A stretch of DNA of 64,000 bases, taken from the NCBI RefSeq assembly GCF_964355755.1, contig NC_092673.1, positions 30,873,648 to 30,937,647 of the forward strand. Direction: 5' to 3'. Source of the DNA: Antedon mediterranea (lineage: Eukaryota > Animalia > Echinodermata). Positions 24,701-36,556 of this stretch are shown here, piece after piece. Each line of letters opens with the position of its first letter. Within the stretch, counting starts at the first letter, position 1. The translations under genes were made by a program, and so were the position numbers. The notes beneath the pieces were generated by a model. That model was not told the origin of the DNA. It saw only the letters and a list, made by a program, of their open reading frames with translations, and did not search any database.

Positions 24701-27692
24701 ACTTCGCTCTTTTCCACTTTCTAAATGCCTTTATTTTTTTTTATTCAACTTTCAGATGAAACTGCGGATAATTGCCAAATGTTTGTATCTGGTGGAGGTC
24801 TGCATTTATTTCAACAATGTAGAATGGTAATAATAAATAAAAAAGAAAAATCCTTAAATAATCTACAAATTAATTTTTCTAGCTAAATCACTGTCTAAAC
24901 TATCAAACGTTATGTGACAAAAAATGTGATGTGCCCATATATGGACATGATGTAGTCAATGTCGTGTAAATTTGTCTACCTCCAACCAAAATTTAAAAAG
25001 CTATAGATTATTGCAATCTTGGTTAGTTTTGACTTTATTTTCTCTCTTTAGTTATATCCTGACAGACAAGAGCTGCTCAGAAACATGATGGGGCTTATGG
25101 GTAACGTAGCTGAGGTGCCATTCCTTCGTCCTGACTTGTTGTATCATGTGGAAACATTTTGGTAAGTATTTTCAATTCAATTCAATCTTTTATTTCGGAA
25201 TCTCTGGTCCATAGAATGTAAAATTACTTATAAATTAATAAAAAAAAAAGAAAACTGTACCAATTACTACTACTCATCTCAGGATTGCATTCCACCTGGA
25301 GAGCATCTTTAACTTATACAAGACATTGTCTATAATCGTTGAATAAAATAAAATATTTTTAATTGATGTAATAAATTACCATTCCCTAACATATAGAGTA
25401 ACATAGTATTTACATGAACATTCTAGAATAAGATGTTTTGATTTAAGAAACCATGTGTAATTAATAAGAACAATCAGGAACATTCCAGAAGTGCTATTAA
25501 TAGAAACTGTAATCATGTAATAATGAGAAGTATAAAGAATGATCTAGAAGGATAGGAGCATCTTGTATATAAAGGGATGTAAACTATTGTAAGGTTGTTG
25601 GATTAGAGGTTGGATATTATATTGTAAAGTTATTGTGAAGATGTTGTTTAAAGTGCTTACTGGATTGTTAAAAGTTGAAGTTGATTGAAATTAAAGCTTT
25701 GTTTTTGAGTTATTTTACAACTTTGTGGATTTTGTGTGTATACTTTTATGTCACAAGGGAGTTCCTAAAGTATTTTCAACCGCTCGGAAACATACGTGAG
25801 AGGAGTTTGTGACATAATTTGGTGGCAGCGGTGTTCAGCCTAATTTGGTGGCAGCGGTGTTCAGACTAATTTGGTGGCAGCGGTGTTCGACCTAATTAAG
25901 CCATATATCGATTTTCTTGGATGTCCACTCTACAACTTACAAGAAAAAATACATTGCAAACTTTGTTTCGATCATGTTTATGTTGAATCCATTTTGTGAG
26001 CTTTGGTTGGTTGCATAATTTTTTTCACATAGCAAAAATAGTTTAGTTTGTAACACCCAAATTAAAATACTTCTTATTTAATAGTGTACTATTGTTTGAC
26101 AAAAGTGACGGTATTGAAGTCAGTTACAACGCTGCTGGGGTTTTGTCGCACATTCTGTCTGATGGTCCACATAAGTGGGATGATCGTGTGACGGGCAGAG
26201 TAAAAATAATAGAAAAGATACAAACAGCTATTGATCAATGGGATATAAAAACCAAACGTAACATTAATTACAGGTTAGTTTCATATTGCAACTATCATTT
26301 TGTCAGTTTTTCACTTAAGCTCTTCTAAACTATCTTAAATACTTAACTCTTAAAGCTGTTTTTCCACTAGTCTAAAAAAAATTGCGCTACCCTTTCTTCT
26401 ACAATACAAAAGGAAATAGCTGCGATCTTCAGGTTCATCACATGTCTGCTGAGCTTTTCGATTCGCGCGACTGCTAATTTACTGAGCTCTGATTGGTTAC
26501 GCAATTGCAAAAAATAGAAACATTTCGAAGTGAAAGACTTAAATAACTGCAATTCGTCGCAGGGATTTGGAAGATGGAAACATGAATACACATGCTGACG
26601 CATTCATTTGCGCGAACAATTTTGCTTAGTGGAAAATCAGCTGTAAGCTATTTATTGTGTTTAATAAAGAATCGCTATACAGTGCGTTTCTCAATAATAC
26701 TAACATACATCTTTCAGATCATTTGAACCAATAATACGTCTCTTAGACAAGTCACATACGCCGATATGCCAATACTGGGCTGTCTGGGCATTGACAAATC
26801 TCTGTCATGTTGATCGTAAGTTTATTTTAATTTTTTTATTTAGTTTTACATTCCATGTTTTTTTATTGGCTATTGTTTTCATGTTTCTGTTTATTTCACG
26901 CCAAATTTGAATGTGTAAATTTTCAACTTTTATTTGAAGATGACATTTTAGAGAGTTAATCAAGCATATTTAATTCATTTAGTAAATAAGAGAACACAAA
27001 ATTAATAATAAGAAATATCTAAATACTGTAGACTCTGAACATGCTAGAAACAACCTGTTGTTCCTAAAGCTCTGTCTATAATATCAAACTAGTTTGACAA
27101 CAAATTATGATGTGCCCAAATATGGTAGTGATATGCCCAAATCTGGTAGTAATATGCCCAAATCTGGTAGTAATATGACATTGCTATGTCCATATAATGG
27201 TCACATCACATTTGTCACATAATGTTTGATAGTGTAGGCTTAAGATTCAACTGAAAACAAATGATGTCATCTTTTTCTTCTAAAATGATGTACTAAAGAT
27301 TCACCTTACCTAATGAAAGTCAACTTCTCACAGAAAGATTCACTTGCAATGGAATGCATATGTTCCTTAAAAAAACATTTTACTGCCAGCCTCTAAGTTT
27401 GATAGTGTAGACAGAGCTTTATTCATATTCGTAAATAGCTTATCACTGAAATTCAGGTAAGCTTCTGCTACAGTTACTCCAACTGTGACGTGTCTCAAAA
27501 ACTAAACTTTTATGATATTGTTCTATTTTTTTAGCTGACAAATACTGCTCTCTTCTGAGAAAAGAAGGTGGCTTAGAGAAACTTCTCCAGGTATTGAGAG
27601 AACATCAAACGGCCTTTCCTAAATTGGCAGATCTTGCCAATCGAACTATACACTTAAACAAAGAAATACTGGGTCCTTATAATTTTCAATGA
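18797..27692 (+). CDS. ZER1: Protein zer-1 homolog (ZYG11/ZER1 family CRL2 substrate receptor; LRR + ARM repeats), 752 aa
   Basis: 13 GT-AG exons join in frame (2259 nt): 18797-19482, 20490-20624, 20763-20949, 21313-21456, 21788-21846, 22125-22187, 22869-23136, 23936-24026, 24756-24826, 25052-25161, 26085-26273, 26718-26815, 27535-27692. Family motifs RPLHFLGL, NEDQVLNAIEAY, IQISGSASLY, AWSTLWNVTDET, LLRNMMGLMGNVAEV, DGIEVSYNAAGVLSH, RNINYRSFEPI and YCSLLRKEGGL. The start could alternatively be the ATG at 18812. Confidence 0.93.
19615..20229. mobile_element. Kolobok-like non-autonomous element in ZER1 intron 1
   Basis: TTAA|AGACCCCTTCCCT...AGGGAATGGGGCT|TTAA: TTAA flanks, AG/CT termini and imperfect TIRs. 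Confidence 0.65.
22413..22774. mobile_element. PIF/Harbinger-like MITE
   Basis: TIRs CCATTTACACTAGGACGATAA / TTATCGTCCTAGTGTAAATGG, with longer degenerate inverted arms. Confidence 0.7.
23179..23428. mobile_element. PIF/Harbinger-like MITE
   Basis: TIR AGCTGCTTTCACATCG / CGATGTGAAAGTAGCT, with TAA on both sides. Confidence 0.75.
23432..23595 (+). mobile_element. 3' end of an RTE-clade LINE
   Basis: The peptide RPKRIWTKMIQDDFK...AQDRNKWHKIV matches the RTE ORF C-terminal pattern RP..TW...D...AQDR..W. Confidence 0.6.
25367..25897 (+). mobile_element. LTR (about 448 bp, TG..CA) followed by a triplicated tRNA-Leu primer-binding site
   Basis: TGTAA (25367)...TGACA (25814), with a TATA-like GTATATAAAG (about 25565) and ATTAAA (about 25690). 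Three 26-bp units follow, each containing TGGTGGCAGCGGTG, the complement of the tRNA-Leu 3' end CACCGCTGCCACCA. The 5' LTR boundary is a best guess. Confidence 0.7.
26354..26642. mobile_element. PIF/Harbinger-like MITE
   Basis: TIR AGCTGTTTTTCCACTA / TAGTGGAAAATCAGCT. Confidence 0.6.
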
Positions 27693-27926
27693 TAGTAAAA
27701 AATGTCTGCCACATGGAATAACTCTCTATTAATTGTAGATACTGTATTGATTCGAATGTAAGCCCACCAAAATAAAACATGACATCAACTGTAGCTATTG
27801 TTTAGTTGGTAGCAATATAAAAGTAATTTGATTAAAGCATAATATTAAACTATAATATTAATATTTATGATAATTAAACCTTGGCCAATGGAAATATGGT
27901 ACTGTATAAAAGCTGACAATAATTCT

Positions 27927-28168
27927 TGTGATAATTGTCGTATTGGATTTGGAACTTTCGTTGTCAACGTAAAGATTCGTTGAGTACTTTTTGTATTCGA
28001 ATTGTAAATTTGTGCTCAACAGAAAGTCATTCGAATAGAAAACGTTGACAACGAAAGCTTTTTCGTTAAGAACAATCTCAACGCTTAAAATACTCTGTTA
28101 AAGAAGTACTCAACGGAAAAACTGTACTCAACGGTGAAAGTCTAAATCGAATACGACAAATATCACAC
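27927..28168. mobile_element. Small MITE downstream of the ZER1 stop
   Basis: Inverted ends TGTGATAATTGTCGTATTGGATTT / AAATCGAATACGACAAATATCACA, with internal CGTTGAGTAC / GTACTCAACG repeats. Confidence 0.55.
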
Positions 28169-29068
28169 AAAAAAAAGTATACTCCACATAATTTTTCCAC
28201 ATCTTCGCCCAATTAATTTTTTTACGATTGAGGGCTTCATTCAGTGATTGATTTGATTTTTGATTTTATTCAATAGATAAATATTCAATAAATGTTCTCC
28301 ACACATATTGAAAATACATAAAATAATAATTATATAAATACTTGTGATAATAACCAATAAAAAACATAGTCCGTATGTTTTTCATTAGTGGTGAAACCGA
28401 AATACAAAATTGAAATTGTAAATTGTTTATTGTTTATGTTTATCTTCTTTTAAAACTAATAATATATACTTTTCTTTTAGTTAGTAAATCATCCTGCTAA
28501 GACCGTTTGATAAATAAGATTAAGTTATTTGCTTAAGCACTTAAATATTTTAGCTTAAGCAAAAATATAAGCAAATATTGATAAATACCAACCCTGAAAT
28601 ATAAAGTCTAGCAATAATTAATTATGCGCCTGTTGTGGATACAGTTTTTAAACACTCTAAAAAGATTTAAGTATGATAGTATATTATTTACAATTTAATG
28701 GTTTTATATTTATGTATTAAGTATCGCACTATTGTGTTTTATGCTGATCAAAATAGATTGAGACGAATAATAACCATAACCAAGCACGCATAGACAGTTT
28801 ATTTGATAATGTAATAAAAAGATAATTTCTTTTTTTTAATATAAGAGAGGATATGTATAATAAACAATACAGTAATCATAATTATTTTATTTATTTAATT
28901 AATTTCTGTCTTTATTGCGAAGACACCTTCGGTATCGTAGTACAGATATCACTCGTTGATCACAGACACAATCAGATGTAAAAATAAAAACAATAATTAT
29001 AAGTAAAGTAAAATACTTTTACAGAGGTCTGGTTTTACTTTAGAATAACTATACAGCTATATATGTCA

Positions 29069-30914
29069 TCAGTCCGGATTGCACGTGAATTCGCAAATCT
29101 TGTAACAGCCTTGGATGTTCCAAAGAAAAAATGGAGATGGCAGATCGGTTTTCCGACTAACATATTCAACAGCTAAAGTCTTCTTTCTTCGAGGTTTCAT
29201 TATAAAATCAATTGCGGGATTGGTTAGTTCCAATGACGTTAACATACTTCGTGTAATATTTGTAGGCTTCACAGACTTTCTGATGCAACATTTGCAAATA
29301 AACTGTAGTGTGGAAGGATTTTTACTCCTGTGTGTAATTTCTTTAATGATCAGTGGATTCGTTGATACATTGTTGGTGAGCATTTCATTCAGCTCTGATG
29401 GCAAATCGTCGGCTTTTACTTGCCTCGTGGCGTTTAATAGTGAGTTGAGACCGTGGAGATTGTCAATGAAATTCGATAAATCAGTAATGCCGTAGAAATT
29501 GGCAAGAATGTCTCTCTTGTTCAGGTACTCCATCTTAATGCTCCCATAGTTGTGGAGATAAAGACTCAAGGAAGTCCTTCCAATGTCGTCTTTGATGTTC
29601 GGGTCTGCGCCATGATCGATAAGCATTCGGATCACGCGGTCACGATTTCTACTCTGCGAGCAGGCAATGTGTAACGGCGTGCTGCCATGTTTCTTATCTC
29701 TTTGATTGACATCAAGTTTGCAACTGGAAATCAAAAACCTCACACATTCGATGCCACGATTCATGAAGTTTTTCGTAGCGAGGTGCAGAGCTGTTTCTGA
29801 ATTGTCATTTACAAGAGCAGGATTGGCACCAAGAGAAACCAACTCTTGAAGAACGCCAAAATGGCAGTAATCTGCAGCAACGTGGATTGGTGTATTTCCA
29901 AAGATGTCAGACGTTTCTAAATCAATCTTTGTGCGCAGGAAAGGAGTGATTGCAGGTATTAGACGCATAATAGAATAGAAAGCACAGAGATGAACTGGGC
30001 TCCTTCCATCATAATCCTGCGTATTCAAATTACCTCCGAACTCGATTATTAATGTCATCAATGTAAACCCACGTGTCAGAGTGACGTTACCGACTGTCGA
30101 ATGATCATTCACACTTTCGCAGTAGAGTCTCCTAATCAGACCATGAATGGCAGTACGTCCGAGGTTATCCTGAATGTTGGGATCCAGTCCAGACGCGAGT
30201 AGCAGCTGCGCAATTGCAAGCTCCGCGTACGGCTGTATTTGATTACAAACGATATGTAGAGGTAGCAAACTGGGATCTTTTGAAGAATCTTCCCCAGAAA
30301 AAAGATCTTTGAAGTTGACGCAACTCTACGAATAAACGAATTAAATTAAAGCATTCTCAAAATCAAGAAAATGTATAAAAATACAAAAATATAGGCCTAA
30401 ACCAAGGGGTAGGCTAGTACCTCTAATTATTTGTCATAAAATGGAACCTAAAAAAACTTATTTTTATAATTTCCACTAAACTTAATACAGGCTAGGCGGC
30501 CTATTGGTAAATCTGGGAACAAATCTGAAGTAGGCACCCGACTACTGTAAAGTAATTAATCATTTGGAGGACCACAATCAATGAGTTTAAAAAACAGTAA
30601 AATTAATTATATTTAAAGAAATGTTACATATTGATATAGGCCTAGGAAATAATAAAGTGCCGCTGATTATGATTAATGTTATAGAAATGTTAGGCCTACC
30701 TGCCCGTAAGTGTTAATGTATAATTAAACTTTCTTACATTTATCGCAGCTCTACACGTTTCAACGTTATATTCCCTGACACATTTGCAAATGTATTCCCG
30801 TGGAGTTAGTTTCCTTGGATTTGGTCGGTACAAACGTACATAACAAAGCTGATGATTATCAAACACGACGGAGTCATTCTCAATTTCTTCCTCCTCTTCG
30901 TCCTCGCTTATCAT
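29069..30914 (-). CDS. Ankyrin-repeat and SOCS-box protein (ASB-like), 477 aa
   Basis: Exons 30914-30738 and 30325-29069 join in phase 0 (GT at 30737, AG before 30325). Ankyrin motifs GRTAIH, GRSPVHLCA, GNTPIHVAA, ETALHLA, GSTPLHIAC and GRTSL. SOCS/BC box NPSTLQFICKCCIRKSV...LELTNPAIDFI. Confidence 0.85.
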
Positions 30915-31291
30915 AATATTGTTTTTTTTTTAATTTTGATTTTCTACATTTTTTTAACAATTCCTGTTTATAACTCCAGTGTGGATTTGAGCAGGCAAGT
31001 AAAAACAAAACAATAATCGCGCCTGACTTTGTTACTATGGCGTATTGTTCTATTTGCAATAACAATAGAACGCGCGAGTGTTCGGATGTGCGTGCTTAGT
31101 CTTACGCGCTTGCTTTGTTTCGAATAACGCTGGAAGTTAGCAACAACATCCTCTGACACAAAAACATAGGCTTCTAGCAGATGATTTAAGATGTATGTAG
31201 GCCTAGGCTAGGCTAGTTAGACCCTATTTGTAGTTACAGTAAAGTAATTTATATAGATATTATGGTGATGTAGTTCGAACCCTTTCCTGCG

Positions 31292-34200
31292 ATGAGGAAG
31301 TCGGTAAATATGATGTCAAAGTGCTTGGTCTTTTTGGTATTATCTATACAATTTCACAAGGTCATAAACGGACAGGGTGAGTACCTTCAAATACACGCTA
31401 GGTGCCTAGGCCTAATTGTATTCGTTCATAATTCGGTTAACATAAATGAAGGTTGCATGCGTATTATTTTAGCCAGTCCCATATTCAAATTATGTCTGTG
31501 TAAATTATATCAAGGGCCTTGGTGTAGGACCTACTAGGGGCCTATTCCCTAGGCAGTAAAGAATTTGGAATTTACAATGTTTGCATGGCGAAGAAACAAA
31601 AGCATTACACTTTAGCCTAGGCCTATACTGAGAAGAATTGTCGTGATTCGGTTTTTATTATTCTGATGACAATTACAGTATATTTTTAAGTTGTTTGGCC
31701 TATACAGTGATAACTTTAAAAAGTATATAGGCCTATAGTGTATGGCTTATCAACGTACAGTATAAACAGTAGGCCCCTAGGCTTAGTTAACATTAAGGGG
31801 CTTATGTCGTTTGTTGCGTCATACGCATGTCTTTTTTTTTATATTCAGAAATCAAAAGTCCTCTAAGCCCAGAGAAACAGTCCATACCAAGACCGGCACC
31901 TGCAGCATCGAATTCTATTCAACATGCAGCCAAAAATACCCGCGTTGTAGATCCACGAGTAAAACAGATTTTAGAACAATTAAAACAGCTTAGGAAGAAT
32001 GCACCAGCTAAAGGAGGAGGAGTTAGAAGGCAAAAGGAAGACAGAAGAAGACAGCGACTGTACGACAGAAAAGTTAGTGTTATGGGTGGAAAACAGCAAA
32101 GGGTGCAACCTCCGCAACCGTACCCACAATCGCGTATTGCATCGCCTGATCGGCTTAAAACAGTTCATAGTAGTGGAATAATGAAAGATGTAGGTCCTAG
32201 GCCTATACTTAGTAAAATAAAAAATGTACGAGATTTGGAAGCAAAGAGGATGATGGAGAAAATAGAAGCGGAAGAGATTAGAAAAGATTGTAACAGTAAG
32301 TTGAATTCTCCTTATAAGTAATATTGTTCTTTATGGAAAAAATAAATAGGCCTACATAGAAAACATAACACTTTTTAAACAGGAGTAATTAATCTATTTG
32401 TTTTTTCAGCAGATATGAAATTATTGATAGGGATTCTGATAGGTATTGCGTCAACGGTCGCCGTTGCTGGAATATTTTCTGTTGCCAAATATTTCCTATG
32501 TATGCCTACTACCAACACTGAGTAAGTGTGACGTACCATTTTGTTTTCATGAATTCATAAGCATTTTAAAAAGTTGTAAGGTTTTATTTACCACCTATTT
32601 CAGATTACTTTGAATGTGTGACGTTTTTTAAGTGATTTCGTATTTATATTGGTATTATGTACATAAAAATGAAAACGTATAACTTTTTTCGGTATAAAAC
32701 ATACAAGAATTCATTTATTAATTGTCGATGATGATGCCACGTTCATCAGCAGATAACTGTCAAGATTAATTATTGTATGTTCTTAATTTTTGGCTACAGG
32801 AAATGATGAAATAGCCTACTTGAAAGTGGCTATTAATTTGTGTGATTTTTTTTACATTTTTATTTACAGATATAACGACGGTATAGGAAAAGCGAAATGG
32901 ATCAGCGACAGAAAACCAACTTTACCGAAGTTAGTTTTTTTTTCATTTTTTGTCAAAGCTCTTTTTATTAAACCAATCAAATCTATTTTATTTTGTAGGC
33001 CTAAAATATAGTATTTATTCTGTAATATTTTCTTTCTTTCTTTTATTTACCCAAAAATATAAAGTATAAACATTGTAACATAAATCAAACATAATCAAGG
33101 GAAGGGCTAAAAAATTAGTTAAAACTAATCAAGTTCAGCCCCTAAACATTTATGAATAAATAGTTATAAAAACAAATTAGGGCTACCTTCTAAAATTTAA
33201 TATACATAAAATACTTTTTTAAACACACTTTCTCTCAAATATATAATTCTCTTTTTGGAAATAATAAATATTTGTTTGTGATAATCTACGACCTACGCAT
33301 TTTAGTCGTCGCCTGGGACCAAACCTTCAAAACTGAGTGTCGAATAGAGCGACATCCCAATTCCCCGTATGTGCACAATAAATTAAACATTACCACCTAA
33401 CTTGGTCGTCGGTAGTGGCAAAGCTCTTTATAATCATTTTTGTTAAAATTCTGAATAACTGACAGCTTTTTTCTCTAGACGCAACCCAAGGGAAGCAAAG
33501 CCGAATAAATACGTCATAATAAAAAGAACAAGGTGATTGTTTAATTGTTTAGAAGTTTAGAAGAAAGATAAAATGTAAACATATTAAAAAAACTACCCAT
33601 ATACAATTAATATATCAATATCGATTTTAATTATGAATATTAGCAAGACATTTTTTTCATTTTAATTCAAAAATTACTTTGTTGTGATATGTAAATGGGG
33701 AAACTGCGACTTGCAGCATAGGCCTACTGGGCTGAATTTCCCACAGGTGTGAACGACACATACCACTGAGGGTCACTTTGTGACTGAGTGCTGCCATCAA
33801 ACGGCGCTCTTTCGTCTGTCCACGCCACATCAGCAGACGAGGCAGCCGCTGAGAATATGTACAATAGTACACTGTTGGTATTTGTACCAGCCAGACATAA
33901 GATCAAAGGACTGTTACGAGTTCGTATCTTGGCAAGGCGAGCTCAGATGTAGGCCTACTGGGTTCTATAAAGTGCACACGAGCCAGATACGCACACTGGA
34001 CCTCCAGTAGGAAGTCCTTATCCGAGAATACTTGTCGAGAAGTGCCTTGAACCCTATGGTGTGCGGCGTCCCATACCTTAACCGCTCGACCACTCGACTC
34101 GACCAACATGTAAAGTTATAAAGAAATCATCAGAATCATCTGTACTTTCTTTAGGAAAGAGGAAGACGATCTATACGACAAAATTGTCGATGATTCAGAT

Positions 34201-35833
34201 GGAATTTATATAGATGACGATGAAGTTGAGGCAATCAGGTAAATATTACTAAGTGTGGTTCCCACTAGCGACGACGCAACGTAACGCAATATACGCAACA
34301 TAAGAACATGCCCTTCCGATAATTATGTTTCCCCCCGCCTGCGTGAATTCGTCGGTTCCCACTTGTGATTACGCATTACAGCACTTTGCAAAACATCGCT
34401 GCGTTGTGTTACTTTGCGTCGCTAGTGAGAACCACGATTTATTTGACAAAAAATATAGTAGTGATTGATATGATGTCATCGCGTCCATATATCACATTTT
34501 TTTTCACACAAAGTTTGATAGTGTAGGCAGAGCTTAATGCTAATAACGTTTGGTTTCCATTGGCTACGCAGAAGGACGTAAACGCAACGTACCAATCACA
34601 AGCGATGGATTATTCGAACTGTAGTTTTTCATTGCTTGTGTTACGTCTGTGTTGAGAACCAAGCTTAAAGTAATTTTAAATTCCAAATGACTACTTCATA
34701 TGAGTAAGTTTCAACTGATTTTACTTATGAAAAAAAGTAGTTCAAATAGTTTATTTTTATTTTCCCAGAGAAGAACATGAAATAGCTAACTTGCGACCTG
34801 CGCCGCCAATACCAAAGACAGCCCAAAGGTAAGTAGAATGTTATCATCACGATTTTGTTACGTGATCAGCTTTCAATTTTACTAGAAGTTAAGAAGGAAA
34901 TATTCACATACGTTGAGTTTATTACCAGTTTTTGACGAAATGACGTGACGTAATACATAATTTAGTCCCGTTGAATGCTCCTGCTATTTGATTTGAAAAG
35001 GATTTAAAAGAGTGTGTTGACAAGATTTTTCTCTACGCAAAGAGAATTGAATAAAGAGAAAGGAGTGGATAAATAGAGATGCAAGAGAAAAAATTAATCT
35101 AAAACATAATAAATGAAATAGATACCACCAGAGAAGAAAAGATAAGCAATCTTGGAACCAAATAAAACAACTTCCATGATTAAAGTAGCATTAGCAAACA
35201 TTTGAATCTAAAAAGCTCTGTCTACACTATCAAACTAGTTTGACAAATAAGTTTGATGTGCCCAATGGTAGTGATATGACATTATCATGTCCATATATGG
35301 GCATATCACATTTTTGTTGTCACATATAGTTTGATAGTGTAGACAGAACTGAAGTTAGGTAAAGATGTCAAAATTGATGCTAACACTTAATGGAAATACG
35401 TGCAACGCGAGACAAAATCGAAATCCAAATCCATGATTCTTGGCATAAATGACATTGAAGGGGATATCGTCATAGAAGATATTTTGAAAGCCAACCTGTT
35501 CAATGAGTCTTTTCGTCTGTTTTTAAGCTCAAACTTTATGTGACAAAAAAAATGTGATGTGCCCAAATATGGTAGTGATATGCTTAAATATGGTAGTGAT
35601 ATGACATTATGTCCATCACATCACATTTTTATTGTCACATAAAGAAATAAGAAATCAGTTTTATTCAATTTAAAAAATGTAATAATGTCTTTATCAGCAT
35701 CGCAATATGCACTAGCTTCATATCATATAATCAAACTTACTGCCTTTTTCTTGACAGGTCACATAGTCGGTCTGAAGATATATATGAAACACCGATGCGA
35801 CCAAAAGATAATGAATATTTAGAATTTGAATGA
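31292..35833 (+). CDS. Uncharacterised type-I single-pass membrane protein A (325 aa) with Tyr-motif-rich cytoplasmic tail
   Basis: 8 GT-AG exons join in frame (978 nt): 31292-31376, 31849-32295, 32410-32521, 32870-32929, 33479-33532, 34155-34238, 34769-34828, 35758-35833. Signal peptide (MSKCLVFLVLSIQFHKVING), basic low-complexity ectodomain, TM helix LLIGILIGIASTVAVAGIFSVAKYFLC, and a tail containing DDLYDKI, DGIYID, RPAPPIP, EDIYETP and NEYLEFE*. Confidence 0.8.
33700..34106 (-). mobile_element. Decayed tRNA-derived SINE with Deu/Nin-like central domain
   Basis: Minus strand: A-box-like TGGTCGAGCGGTTAAGG and a degenerate B-box GGTTCAAGGC. These are followed by TTCTCGGATAAGGAC...GGTCC...GTGCACTTTATAGAACCC, which resembles the Nin/Deu domain consensus. 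The 3' boundary is uncertain. Confidence 0.55.
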
Positions 35834-36556
35834 CATTTTAGAAGGAGGGAAGGAAGGAATGAGGAAAACTGGCATTAGTTTAGTTGTTAGAGAAACGAAG
35901 AATAAACTGCTAAATCGTAGATATATAAATATTTTAACTGAAATTAAACATAGCATTGCTCTTAGTGTATTTTTGTTTTTGTTTTTTTATTTTATTTTTT
36001 TAGGGGGTGGGGGGGGGGGTCGTTATTGTTTTTAAGGGGAATTTAATATTTTCCTTTTTAGGCCGTGTTCCGCGGCCAAAACTTAACCGATAATTACCGA
36101 TAAAAATTAACCGATAAACTGCCTCCACTCGAGAAAAATGAACTGCCTGCTGATAATATCTTATTCAAATCGGATAATTATCGAATAAGTGCGATAATGT
36201 TTGAACATTTGAACTGCAGGAAAAATGGTTGCGTTGTGCACCTGGTTGTTTGGTAATGACTGAAAATGCGCATTGTATTTTTTAATTAAAATTAATCGCC
36301 TGATAACCGATAATTGGCTGTGTTTTGGTTGTTCACTCTCTTTCCGGCCCTCAGCACGCGTCTGTACTACGTGTGTTTATATGGAATACGGGAATACAAA
36401 CGCGAAATAACAATACGCACTCGCTGTAGTTTTTACGCACTTGTTTCAAATGACGCTTAGAGGCCTAAATTTTCACCCTAGGCCTGGGCCGGCCTAGTAG
36501 TACTGTATTATTTAAAGTTATGAAAAGTTAATAATCTACTAAAAGAAGTAAAGAAA

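Noticed and set aside
25815-25897. Three 26-bp direct repeats resembling a mini CRISPR array
   Set aside because: The units are contiguous with no unique spacers, there are no cas genes, and the context is a eukaryotic intron. Better explained as a triplicated LTR primer-binding site.
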